Shown here: piece by piece, positions 43,382-52,502 of the stretch
Layout of the letters: each line of letters begins with the position of its first letter
Numbering within the stretch: the stretch's first letter is position 1
Source: Myxococcota bacterium
GTDB lineage: Bacteria > Myxococcota_A > UBA796 > UBA2385
Direction: 5' to 3'
NCBI GenBank assembly: GCA_044344255.1
Contig: JBIJDH010000003.1
Coordinates: 192,001-256,000, forward strand
DNA: 64,000 nt
The notes under the pieces: model-generated
Told to the model about the DNA's origin: nothing
Databases searched by the model: none
Seen by the model: only the letters and a program-made list of their open reading frames with translations
Made by a program: the position numbers and the translations under genes

Positions 43382-45475
43382 TCAGAGATCGCGGACGAAC
43401 TCGTAGTACTTCCCGAAGTGCACCCGGCTGACCTGCTTGCCCATCTTGACGAGCTCGCGGGCGATGGCTTCGACGACGTGGCGCATGCACACCGGTTCGC
43501 GGCGCGTGGAGGCGATAATACAGGCGTTGATCGCCGCGTTGACGATGTTGCCGCCTGCAATGATGAACTGTTCGGCGATCTCGGCGAGCACGAGGTCGTC
43601 GCCGCGGGGCGCGCCGGGCGGGATCGCGCGACGCCAGAGCTCGGTGCGCTCTACGGCGGTGGGCATCGGGAATTCGATCACGGCGCCGAAGCGGCGGAGG
43701 AAGGCTTCGTCGATGTTCTCTTGGAGGTTGGTCGTGAGGATCGCGCAGCCTTCGAAGGTCTCCATCCGCTGGAGGAGGAAGCTCACCTCTTGGTTGGCAA
43801 AACGGTCCTGCGCCTGCTTGACGTCTCCGCGGGAGCCGAAGAGGGCGTCGGCCTCGTCGAACAGCACCACTGCTGTGCCGCCCTCGGCCGCGTCGAAGAT
43901 CTCGCGGAGGTTCTTCTCCGTCTCACCCACCCACCGGGAGACGACGGACGAGAGATCGACGCGGAAGAGGTCGAGGCCCAGCGTGCCGGCGATCACCTCC
44001 GCAGCCATCGTCTTTCCCGTGCCTGGGCCCCCGGAGAACAGCGCCTTGATGCCGTATCCGCGGGCGCGGACCTTGTTGGCACCCCAGCGATGGAAGACGG
44101 TCTCCTGCTCGGCGAGGAAGTCGATGATCTGCTGGAGCTGAGTGCGGATCTTGTCGCTGATGACCAGATCCTGCCACGTGTAGCGAGGGATGACGTGCAT
44201 CGCGAGTCCGCGGAACTCCGGCCGCGAGCACTCCCGCGCCGCGGTCCATAGCGACTCCTGGCTTGGCTCCTTGCCGCCGCACTCGGCCTCCGCCCGCTCC
44301 ATCACGCGGTCGATCGTGGTGCCGCCTACTGAATAGAAGCGCTCGGAGAGCTCGACCGCCGGATCAGTGCTCCAGCCGCGCTCCTCGAAGGCCTCGGTCC
44401 AGGCTCCGAGCCGCTCGGGCAGGTTCGTGCGGTGCACCTGGACGGTGACGCTTGGGCGCTCATTCCCGAGGAGGGAGCCGATCGCGCGACGGTCGGTGCC
44501 GCCGATCAAGACCGGGTAGGGGAGGGTGGCGAGGGCTCCACCGAGGTGGATGAGCTGGTTTCGGAGGGCGGGGTCCTCCTGTGCGCTCATCACGTTGACG
44601 ATGTAGGGCAGGGCCTGGCTGAGGCGCAGCTCTCGAACGAGATCCCAAGGTTGTTCGAGGTATTGTTGGCAGCGTTCAAGATCGACGCGGGCCAGGGGTG
44701 TCCCGGCGGAGCGGGCGATGGCCATCGCCGTGGCCTCCCGCGCACCCATGGTCGCGCCGATGATCGCGATGGTGACGGCCTTGTTGAGACCCCCTGCGAT
44801 TTCGGCGATGCGGAGCCGGGTGGGGCCCGGGATGAGGGTCTTCCGACTGGTGTCGAGGGGCGTGAAACCGACGCCGGCGGGCAGCTCGACCTCCTCCATC
44901 AGCCACTGCAAGAAGCGGCCGCTGGGGTGGATCCGCCGCGCGGTGTGGGTCTCGGAGCCCTCGGCGGGATCGAGCAGCAGCAGCCGGTTTCGGATCAGCG
45001 GAGCGCCGGACATCATGCGCGCCTGCAACCCGAGGCGCTCGGTGCGGTGCGTACGGAGGACGCGGGTGGCGAGGTCGACCGTCAGGAAGGGCTGATTCAA
45101 ATTGTCGTTGAGATAGGCGAAGATACGGCCGTAGCCGGCCGAGATCTCGGGGGCCATCGCGAGGAGCAGGAGGTCGGAGTCGTCGCCGTCGAGGGCGAAG
45201 GCGCGACGCAAGCGCGCAAAGCGACCATTGGGGTCGTCGCGCAGGGCGGCGCTGGCCACCACCGCGTTCTCGAGTCCGTCCGGGGTGTTCGGCGGCAGGT
45301 CGATCTCGCCGTGCGCCTGGAGCAGCGCGTCCACTTCGTCATCGGTGATGACGGAGCCCCAGAACTGCCCTTTGGCCCGCATGGCCGGCCGGGCGCGTTG
45401 GCGGCGAACCGCGCGAAGCAGGAGCAGATCCGTCCGTCGGAGCCGGCGCGCCAGCTCCTCATACACCGTTGCCAA
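43382..45475 (-). CDS. CIS-associated AAA+ ATPase (Afp15/Pvc15-like)
   Basis: YLND...LTVDL N-domain; GGPGTGKT, DLSSVVSRWVGETEKNL, FDEADALFG, DEAFLRRF; first AAA module degenerate. Confidence 0.9.
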   Translation of the reverse strand: MATVYEELARRLRRTDLLLLRAVRRQRARPAMRAKGQFWGSVITDDEVDALLQAHGEIDLPPNTPDGLENAVVASAALRDDPNGRFARLRRAFALDGDDSDLLLLAMAPEISAGYGRIFAYLNDNLNQPFLTVDLATRVLRTHRTERLGLQARMMSGAPLIRNRLLLLDPAEGSETHTARRIHPSGRFLQWLMEEVELPAGVGFTPLDTSRKTLIPGPTRLRIAEIAGGLNKAVTIAIIGATMGAREATAMAIARSAGTPLARVDLERCQQYLEQPWDLVRELRLSQALPYIVNVMSAQEDPALRNQLIHLGGALATLPYPVLIGGTDRRAIGSLLGNERPSVTVQVHRTNLPERLGAWTEAFEERGWSTDPAVELSERFYSVGGTTIDRVMERAEAECGGKEPSQESLWTAARECSRPEFRGLAMHVIPRYTWQDLVISDKIRTQLQQIIDFLAEQETVFHRWGANKVRARGYGIKALFSGGPGTGKTMAAEVIAGTLGLDLFRVDLSSVVSRWVGETEKNLREIFDAAEGGTAVVLFDEADALFGSRGDVKQAQDRFANQEVSFLLQRMETFEGCAILTTNLQENIDEAFLRRFGAVIEFPMPTAVERTELWRRAIPPGAPRGDDLVLAEIAEQFIIAGGNIVNAAINACIIASTRREPVCMRHVVEAIARELVKMGKQVSRVHFGKYYEFVRDL

Positions 45476-45493
45476 GGGGACGCTCCGAATGTC

Positions 45494-46201
45494 TTAGACG
45501 ATCGTGCCTTTCTTGTCGGCGTGCCGGTCCAGCTGCGATTGAGAGTGATCGTCCATCGAGCCGAGCACACGCCGAGCGAGGTCGTCCACCACGTCGAGGT
45601 GGCTGTAACCTTGGGCGATCATCGCTCGGTAGCCGCGGACCGGATCGCTCTTCGACGCGATGGTCTCCGGCTTTCCGGCCGCGCCGCCGGCCGCGCCGCC
45701 CACGCTGCTGCCGCCCTTCTCGGAGGAATTGTGCGGGTCGCCGTGGCCGGCGCCTGCATGGGGCTGGTAGCCGCCTTCGTAACCGCCCTCCATCCGGTGG
45801 AAGACCATGCGCTCCACCGCCCGCGCCGCGACCTCTTCAGCGTCTCGGAAATTTTCCCCGCCTCCACCGCCTCCGCCGTCGCCGTGCTGGGCGTGGAAGG
45901 CCTCGTGGGCGTACAGCGCCTGATCTTCAGGGTTGGAAGGATTGAAGTCGTCGGCGACGATGATCTGCCGATCGAGGGTCATCGCGCGAGCGCCGACCGA
46001 CTTCAGGGCGCGCTGCGCGAGCTCACCCCGGTAGACCGAGCCGCCACCGGGCATCGACTGCCGTTGGAGGGCGCCCGACTCCAGCCGGCTCGCCACCCGA
46101 CCGACCGTGGAGGAGCCGACCACGCTCCGACCGTCACCCGCCCCTTCTCGGTCTCTCGCGACCGATCTCGCGGCCGCCTGCCCACCTGAACGTCCAGCCA
46201 T
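45494..46201 (-). CDS. DUF4157 (eCIS core domain) protein
   Basis: GARAMTLDRQI...ALYAHEAFHAQH...E..A; adjacent to the CIS ATPase. Confidence 0.8.
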   Translation of the reverse strand: MAGRSGGQAAARSVARDREGAGDGRSVVGSSTVGRVASRLESGALQRQSMPGGGSVYRGELAQRALKSVGARAMTLDRQIIVADDFNPSNPEDQALYAHEAFHAQHGDGGGGGGGENFRDAEEVAARAVERMVFHRMEGGYEGGYQPHAGAGHGDPHNSSEKGGSSVGGAAGGAAGKPETIASKSDPVRGYRAMIAQGYSHLDVVDDLARRVLGSMDDHSQSQLDRHADKKGTIV

Positions 46202-46344
46202 GGGGAACCCCCGCCCGTTCTCCGCAGCCTATCGCATCCATCCGGGGAATTGAAGGCAGAACACTTCGTGTGGGCGGCCGAACCCCATCCGCTGCTCGGT
46301 CGTCAACGGCCGAGACCGGGCGTGGCGCTGATTGCGGCCGAATT

Positions 46345-47523
46345 TCAGGCTTCTCCCGGTAGACATCGCCGGGACACGATCTCGGACACCACCTCGACCG
46401 CCCGAGTGAGCGCCGAGGCCTCGATGTACTCGTCCGGTCGATGCGCGACGTCGATGCTCCCCGGCCCGAAGATGATGGGCTCCATTCCCAAGGCGGCGAG
46501 GTTGCTGCCGTCGGTGGCGAAGGGGGCGCCCGTGGGGGCAGGATCGGAGGCGAGGTCAGCGATGAGGCTGATCAGCTCGGCCTTCTCGGAGGTTAGGAGC
46601 GAGGGGGTGGACTGGAGGGGCTCGAGGATCACTCGGCCTCCGTCCGCCCGGGCCGCCGCGTCCAGCTCAGCGATCCCCGGCAGGAGGTGAGAGAGGAAGC
46701 GGTCGATCGCCTGGCCGGGGAGGGGGCGCACACCCACGGTGATGACGCAGTGCTCAGGGACGATGTTGACAGCGGACCCCCCTTGGATGAGCCCGGCGTT
46801 CACCACGGTCCAGGGCGTCGGGAGCTCGGTCTCGAAGGCGCGGTCCACCGAGAGGTCTGCCTCGACGCAGTCAAGGAGCTCCAACACACGCCGGGCGAGC
46901 TTGATCGCGCTCAGCCCTAAGGCTGGCCGACTGCTGTGCGCGGGGCGCCCCTGGCACCGGATGCGGAACGTCGAGTGGCCTGGGTGCAAGCGGCAGATAC
47001 GAAAGGAAGTGGGCTCCCCGATCAGCGCGGCCCGCGGCAAGGGGCGTCGACCGTCGGCCCGTAGTCGCTCGACGAGCAAGCGGGAGCCGTGGCAGCCGAT
47101 CTCCTCGTCGTGGGTCCAGATCAGCACGAGCTCCCGCTCGAGCCGCCAGAGGGGCAGGCCGTGCAGGGCCTCGTCCACCGCGGCGATGAAGCCCTTCATG
47201 TCGCAGGCGCCGCGCCCGTACAGGCGACCATCTCGCTCGGTGAGGCGGAAGGGATCGGCGCTCCAGGCCTGACCCTCCACCGGGACCACGTCCATGTGGC
47301 CAGAGAGCACGAGCCCATCCGTCCCCTCGGGCCCGATCGCGGCGACGATGTTGCACTTTCCGGCGCTGCTCTCGAAGCGCTCGACCCGGAATCCGAGGCC
47401 CTCGGCGCGCTCCGCGAGGAAGGCGGCGAGCTCGGTCACCGGCTGGTCGCTGACCGTCGGCCAGGCGACGAGGCGCTCCAGGGTGCGACGGACCTCAGCT
47501 CCTTCGTTTCTTCTTCTTGTCAT
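46345..47523 (-). CDS. argE: Acetylornithine deacetylase (M20 family)
   Basis: LSGHMDVVP, GRGACDMKG, DEEIG, GEPT, AHSS, GPGSIDVAHRPDEY. Confidence 0.88.
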   Translation of the reverse strand: MTRRRNEGAEVRRTLERLVAWPTVSDQPVTELAAFLAERAEGLGFRVERFESSAGKCNIVAAIGPEGTDGLVLSGHMDVVPVEGQAWSADPFRLTERDGRLYGRGACDMKGFIAAVDEALHGLPLWRLERELVLIWTHDEEIGCHGSRLLVERLRADGRRPLPRAALIGEPTSFRICRLHPGHSTFRIRCQGRPAHSSRPALGLSAIKLARRVLELLDCVEADLSVDRAFETELPTPWTVVNAGLIQGGSAVNIVPEHCVITVGVRPLPGQAIDRFLSHLLPGIAELDAAARADGGRVILEPLQSTPSLLTSEKAELISLIADLASDPAPTGAPFATDGSNLAALGMEPIIFGPGSIDVAHRPDEYIEASALTRAVEVVSEIVSRRCLPGEA

Positions 47524-48244
47524 CGGCCTTGTCCTTGTCCGTCGCAGCCTTGGCTTCGCCCTCCTGTTCTTCTCCCTCTTCTTCGGTCTCCCACCAAGGA
47601 CGCTTACGCTGCCGATCGAGGGCGTCTGCCTCCATCGTGCTGGTCACGTTGAGGATGTCCATCGCGACGCTGAGCCCCTTGGGCAGGCTTACCCGCGCGG
47701 AGACCGCGGAAGACTGCACATGGCCGAGCTCCGCGGGGCCGCCGGCCATCGACACCTCTTGTTCTCCGGCGTCGAAGTTCTGGCGAACCTGATCGGGGAC
47801 GCTCTGAAATGCGGCCCGCTCGGCCTCCATGGCCCGGTCGAGCAGGGCCGCGCCCTGGCCGAGGTTGCCGTTGGCGAGGGCCTCGCCGGCACGCTTGTAG
47901 GCCTTCGCGCTCTCGTGCCAGCGGGTCGGATCAGGGAGCCCAAAGCCCTTGTTTCCGCGGGCAACCTCCTTGTACCAGTCGCGCTCGTCCTTCATCTCGG
48001 CGAGCTCCCTTTGCTGGACGCCCTTGACCACGCTCAGACGCTGCAGGATGAACGCGAGCAGCGCGTCGCGCTTGCCGTTGGCGCCCTTGATTTGACCTTC
48101 AACTTCCTGATTTCCAGCCTTTCTCCCTATTTTTTCGGCCCTCATGGCCTCGGGATCGGCCATCGCAGCCTGCCGCGGCATCGCCCGGATGCTCTGGGCC
48201 TGCCGGTCTTGCACCAGGGGCGTCTTCTTGTGGTCGCGGCTCAT
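47495..48244 (-). CDS. Hypothetical helical protein with acidic/basic tail
   Basis: MSRDHKKT... 249 aa; overlaps the argE start; divergent from the CIS structural operon. Confidence 0.7.
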   Translation of the reverse strand: MSRDHKKTPLVQDRQAQSIRAMPRQAAMADPEAMRAEKIGRKAGNQEVEGQIKGANGKRDALLAFILQRLSVVKGVQQRELAEMKDERDWYKEVARGNKGFGLPDPTRWHESAKAYKRAGEALANGNLGQGAALLDRAMEAERAAFQSVPDQVRQNFDAGEQEVSMAGGPAELGHVQSSAVSARVSLPKGLSVAMDILNVTSTMEADALDRQRKRPWWETEEEGEEQEGEAKAATDKDKADDKKKKRRS

Positions 48245-48277
48245 GCACGAAATCCTAACACTCGATGGGCTTCGGCC

Positions 48278-48307
48278 TTGACCGGCCATGCGCGATTCGG
48301 GTAGCTT
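48278..48307 (+). promoter_or_regulatory. Putative sigma70-type promoter of the CIS structural operon
   Basis: TTGACC-18 nt-TAGCTT. Confidence 0.35.
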
Positions 48308-48352
48308 TGCCGCAGCCCGTTCCACGCCGCTGTCGTTGGAGTTCCCCTCCTG

Positions 48353-48802
48353 ATGAGAGATCCGCGAATCCGCCTCGAACGTCGGGTCACCGGAGAGCGA
48401 TCTCGGGACCTCCCGGAGATGGTCCTCCGGATGTTCGAGCGCGAGGCGGAGCGTGAAGGCAAGGTCCAGCTCCAGCCGCACCGCGAGGCGATGCGCTTCG
48501 ACGTGAGGAACATCCGTCGGCTCGTGGATCCCTCCCCGAACGCTCCGCAGATGATTCGCCTCATCCGGCACCCTTACGGGCTGATGCCCGGCGGGATGAA
48601 GAGGGCGGAGGGCTTTGGCCGCGTTCGGGTCGAGAAGAGAGCGCCTCTGCGCGCGGAGGACGCCTTCAAGGCTGCCCTCGCGGACCACGTGCTCCCCACC
48701 TGGCCGAGCCCGAGCGAGGCCCGGCCCCGCCGCGAAGCAAGGCCTCGGCTGTCTGGCCTCGATTGGTCCACCTGGGTCACCTCGGGCGAGGTGCTCGCAT
48801 GA
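48353..48802 (+). CDS. Hypothetical basic protein, first gene of the CIS operon
   Basis: 149-aa ORF whose stop overlaps the next ATG (ATGA). Confidence 0.55.
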   Translation: MRDPRIRLERRVTGERSRDLPEMVLRMFEREAEREGKVQLQPHREAMRFDVRNIRRLVDPSPNAPQMIRLIRHPYGLMPGGMKRAEGFGRVRVEKRAPLRAEDAFKAALADHVLPTWPSPSEARPRREARPRLSGLDWSTWVTSGEVLA

Positions 48803-49641
48803 TCGGCGTTCCGCTCAACATCACGGGCATCGGCCCGATGTCGGGTCGAAACATCCTGGGTGAGGTCACCGAGGGGGTGCACCGCTTCCTCCTCGAGGGG
48901 TATGACGTCAGCGATCAGCCCCCTCGCTTCGAGGAGGATCTCAAGTTCGTCCCCAAGGATCGTGAAGAGGTGGTCTACCTCTACATGTACCGCGTGGCAC
49001 AGAACCCGAACCTGATCAACCGAAAGCGGCTCCGCCAGGCCCCCGTGTTCATGGACAGCGAGCCGGATGAAGGCGCGGAGGTCTTCTACCACCGACCGCC
49101 CTTGTTGCTCGATCTCTTCTACCTCGTGTGCGTCCACAGCAAGTTCCGCTCGGACGCAGAGCGCCTGCTCGGCTGGGTCTTGCTCCGCCTGAACGAGGCG
49201 ACCCACCTGATCTACCGGCCCCGTCGATTCGCGCTCCCAGACGGACGCGAGGTGGACAGCCTCGGGCGCACGTACAGCACCTCCTGCACGACCGACCACG
49301 ACGGTCTCCTCATGGAGAAAGTGTCCCTCGCGCTCTCCGACGATCTCACCGTCGGCGACGCGATCAACCTCTTCAGCCTGCACGAGGCGCCCTATCGACC
49401 CTTCCTCACCTACCGGGCGAGGGTTGCAATGGATACACCTCTTGTAGCAAGCTCTGGGGGCACGACGATCCGACTGCCGCCGCTGGCACAGACGGCCCGT
49501 CCCAACCCTCGGGAGACAACCGAGTCTCCCAGCGGGCGCCTCAAAGCTGCCCGTCCGCTCCCGACCCCCCGCAACTTGCCGGGTCCGAAACCCAACTTCG
49601 TGCGCCGATCGACAAGCGCTGAGCCCGAAACGGAGGATTGA
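48799..49641 (+). CDS. DUF4255 / Pvc16 (Afp16)-like tail terminator/cap
   Basis: LYMYRVAQNPNLIN, PPLLLDLFYLV, RLLGWVL, RPFLTYRARV; directly upstream of the sheath. Confidence 0.82.
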   Translation: MIGVPLNITGIGPMSGRNILGEVTEGVHRFLLEGYDVSDQPPRFEEDLKFVPKDREEVVYLYMYRVAQNPNLINRKRLRQAPVFMDSEPDEGAEVFYHRPPLLLDLFYLVCVHSKFRSDAERLLGWVLLRLNEATHLIYRPRRFALPDGREVDSLGRTYSTSCTTDHDGLLMEKVSLALSDDLTVGDAINLFSLHEAPYRPFLTYRARVAMDTPLVASSGGTTIRLPPLAQTARPNPRETTESPSGRLKAARPLPTPRNLPGPKPNFVRRSTSAEPETED

Positions 49642-49649
49642 GCAGTCTC

Positions 49650-51455
49650 ATGGAATACCATACCCCAGGTGTATACATCCGTGAGGTCGACAGCGGCCCG
49701 AAGCCCATCGCTTCGGTCTCGACCAGCACGCCGGGCTTTCTCGGACTCTTCCCCTTCCTGCCGAATCCGGACGCGGTGGCCATCACCGGCACCGACGGTC
49801 GGCGTCAGATCCGAGGCAAGGTGATCCCCCAGCTGGTGGACACCAAGGGCACCGTCACCGGCGACGCCGACCAGGCGACCACCGCGTTGACCACCGCTTT
49901 CCGCCTCAAGACCAGCCAGGTCAAGGACGTCAAGGCGTACTTCGAGCTCCACGGCGCTGCGAAGTCGGGCGCCAAGGCCCCCAAGTTCGAGCCCGGCACC
50001 AAGGGCCGCGTCAAGATCTCTCTCGGCGAGAAGACCCTTGAGGTCGCCGATGTGATCCTCGACGTGCAGGGCAAGGTCGTCACCGAGAATGACCAGCTCG
50101 TCGAAGAGCTGCTCAACCAGCTCAAGGAGACCTTCTCGCTGACGAAGGCGGCCCCCAAGACCGCCGCTGACGTCCTCGCCGTCTACGGCTTCGAGTTCAA
50201 GGGCGCTGAGGGCACTGCGCTCCGCAGCGAGTACAGCGTCCCGCCGATGGCGGTGACGAACAAGGCAGAGTTCTTCCGCTGGCTGCAGAGCTTCTACGCG
50301 GAATATCTCCTGGCCACTGAGCCCATCGAAGACCTCATCGGCCAGAACATCGAAGACCCCGACGAAGCCGCTGACGCGGTCTTCGAGGCGCTCGGCAAGG
50401 ACGAGGCGCTCAAGAAGCGCTTCCGCGAGTTCCTCAGCCAGCCCACCGTCTTCAACTTCGTGGCGGCCGTCAACGGCTTCTACGACAACGGCGGCGGGAA
50501 GTCCTACGTCTACCTGATGGGCGCCCAGGACGTCGATTGTTCGATCCGCGAGAATCAGGCCGACAAGATCGGTCTCTACGCCTTCGACGACATCGACGAC
50601 ATGGCCATCATGGCCGTCCCTGGCCTCAACGTGAATCAGCAGCGCGAGATGCTGGAGCACTGTGAGACCCGCAAGGACCGCTTCGCGGTGCTCGACGGTC
50701 CGATCGTCAGCGACGGTAACATGGACATCCCGGCCTCGAACAAGGGCTACGGCGCCATGTACGTGCCCTGGCTCAAGATCACGAAGCCGAGCTGGTTCGT
50801 GGGCAACCAGGAGCACATCAAGGTCTCCGGCCCCAACCGCCGCAAGCTGATCAAGACCGAGAAGAACGAGCTCTTTGTGCCGCCGAGCGGTCACATCGCC
50901 GGCATCATGGCCCGCGTCGACACCGAGCGCGGCGTGCACAAGGCCCCCGCGAACGAGATCGCGATGGGGATCACGGGGCTCAGCCAGAGCATCAATCGGA
51001 TCGAGCAGGGTCAGTACAACGACCGCGGCATCAACGTGATCCGCGAGTTCAAGGACCGCGGCATTCGGGTGTGGGGCGCGCGCACCCTGGCCACGAAGTC
51101 CGACCCCTCTTGGAAGTACATCAACGTTCGCCGGCTCTTCATCATGATCGAGCAGTCGATCATGGTGGGCAGCCAGTGGTCCGTCTTCGAGCCGAACGAC
51201 CACACCCTGTGGAAGAAGCTCACCCGTGACGTGCGCGCCTACCTCATGCGCGTCTGGCGTTCGGGCGCCCTGTTCGGTCAGACTCCGGAAGAGGCCTTCT
51301 ACGTCAAGTGCGACGAGGAGACCAACCCGCGCTACCTCATCGACGCTGGCCAGGTCAACGTGCAGATCGGCATCTGCCCCGTGAAGCCCGCCGAGTTCGT
51401 CGTGTTCAGCATCGGTCAGTGGGACGGTGGAGGACTCATCGAAGAAGCTGGGTAA
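49650..51455 (+). CDS. Contractile tail sheath protein 1
   Basis: YHTPGVYIREV, GFYDNGG, PPSGHIAG, RGVHKAPAN, VWGART, YINVRRL, VFEPND, KPAEFVVF. Confidence 0.95.
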   Translation: MEYHTPGVYIREVDSGPKPIASVSTSTPGFLGLFPFLPNPDAVAITGTDGRRQIRGKVIPQLVDTKGTVTGDADQATTALTTAFRLKTSQVKDVKAYFELHGAAKSGAKAPKFEPGTKGRVKISLGEKTLEVADVILDVQGKVVTENDQLVEELLNQLKETFSLTKAAPKTAADVLAVYGFEFKGAEGTALRSEYSVPPMAVTNKAEFFRWLQSFYAEYLLATEPIEDLIGQNIEDPDEAADAVFEALGKDEALKKRFREFLSQPTVFNFVAAVNGFYDNGGGKSYVYLMGAQDVDCSIRENQADKIGLYAFDDIDDMAIMAVPGLNVNQQREMLEHCETRKDRFAVLDGPIVSDGNMDIPASNKGYGAMYVPWLKITKPSWFVGNQEHIKVSGPNRRKLIKTEKNELFVPPSGHIAGIMARVDTERGVHKAPANEIAMGITGLSQSINRIEQGQYNDRGINVIREFKDRGIRVWGARTLATKSDPSWKYINVRRLFIMIEQSIMVGSQWSVFEPNDHTLWKKLTRDVRAYLMRVWRSGALFGQTPEEAFYVKCDEETNPRYLIDAGQVNVQIGICPVKPAEFVVFSIGQWDGGGLIEEAG

Positions 51456-51531
51456 GCCCCACGGACTGTACCCCCGCCCGGCGCATTTCCACCGTGCATC
51501 GGGCATCCACAAGTAAGAAAGGAACAACAAC

Positions 51532-51975
51532 ATGGCTACCGAAGAACTGTTCGGCTCCTACAACTTCCTCCTCGAGATCCAGGGTGTCATCAATGACAAC
51601 AAGGTGATCGTGGGCGGGTTCAAGAGCGTCTCCGGCATGGACTCCGAGACCGAGATCATCGAGTTCAAGCAGGGCAACGACATGGTCGTGCGCAAGAAGC
51701 CCGGCCGCACCACCTACGCCAACATCGTCCTCGAGCGCGGCTACACCGCCACCGACGATCTCTGGCAGTGGCGCAAGAACATCGAGGACGGCAAGATCGA
51801 CCGCCGCGCCGGCTCGATCATCATCCTCGACCAGGACGGCCAGACCGAAGTGGCCCGCTACAACTTCTACGAAGGGTGGCCCTGCAAGTGGTACGTCCCC
51901 GACATGGACGCCGACAGCAGCGCCATGGCGATTGAGAAGGTTGAGATCGCGGTCGAGAAGATCGAGAGGGCCTGA
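51532..51975 (+). CDS. Tail tube protein (T4 gp19 / Afp1-like)
   Basis: YNFLLEI, GFKSVSG, KKPGR...IVLERG, LWQW, GWPCKW, IEKVEI; strong RBS. Confidence 0.94.
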   Translation: MATEELFGSYNFLLEIQGVINDNKVIVGGFKSVSGMDSETEIIEFKQGNDMVVRKKPGRTTYANIVLERGYTATDDLWQWRKNIEDGKIDRRAGSIIILDQDGQTEVARYNFYEGWPCKWYVPDMDADSSAMAIEKVEIAVEKIERA

Positions 51976-52340
51976 TGGAGCTGAAGACCGAGTTCGAGTT
52001 CACGCTCCCGAGGGGCTACGTCGATAAGGACGGAGTCCTCCATCGGGAGGGTGTGATGCGCCTGGCGAACGCCAAGGACGAGATTGTCCCGCTGAACGAC
52101 ATGCGAGTGCAGCGCAACCGCGCCTACCTCATCATCGTTTTGCTCAGCAGGGTGATCGCTCGGCTCGGCACGCTCAAGGAGGTGAACACGGGGGTCATCG
52201 AGAACTTGTTCGCGAGCGACCTCCGGTTCCTGGAAGAGATGTACAACCGGATCAACGAGGACGAGGCGACCGTAGAGGTGACGTGCCCCGAATGCAGCGC
52301 GAAGTTCGATAAGGAGTTCGGCCGCTTGGGGGAATCGTAA
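51975..52340 (+). CDS. CIS tail assembly chaperone-like protein (short product)
   Basis: TEFEFTLPRGYVD.DG.LHREGVMRLA.AKDEI, LFASDL, C-terminal CPEC; TGATG overlap with the tube gene. Confidence 0.85.
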   Translation: MELKTEFEFTLPRGYVDKDGVLHREGVMRLANAKDEIVPLNDMRVQRNRAYLIIVLLSRVIARLGTLKEVNTGVIENLFASDLRFLEEMYNRINEDEATVEVTCPECSAKFDKEFGRLGES

Positions 52341-52374
52341 GCTACCCCTTGGAGAATGTCTTCAAGGAGGTAGC
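52311..52374 (+). promoter_or_regulatory. Programmed -1 ribosomal frameshift signal
   Basis: AAGGAG (52311-16), 11 nt, G GGG GAA (52328-34), 6-nt spacer, 15-bp hairpin with one bulge (52341-74). Confidence 0.8.
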
Positions 52375-52495
52375 GTTCATCGCCTACCACTTCCATTGGG
52401 ACCGAGAGACCATCCTCAACTTGACGCACAAAGAGCGTCACGCTTGGGTGAAGGAGATATCGGCCATCAACGAGAAGATCAACACGACCCGATGA
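52331..52495 (+). CDS. DUF6760-like reading frame in the -1 frame (not in the ORF track); likely the C-terminal extension of the chaperone
   Basis: GIVSYPLENVFKEVAFIAYHFHWDRETILNLTHKERHAWVKEISAINEKINTTR; no ATG/GTG start ahead of the conserved part. Confidence 0.8.
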   Translation, partial: GIVSYPLENVFKEVAFIAYHFHWDRETILNLTHKERHAWVKEISAINEKINTTR

Positions 52496-52502
52496 TTCGT
52501 CG

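Noticed and set aside
49410..51533. 707-aa minus-strand ORF and similar long antisense ORFs (20725-22779, 24875-26896, 44432-46189, 9289-11319 upstream part)
   Set aside because: Typical high-GC shadow frames opposite well-supported genes
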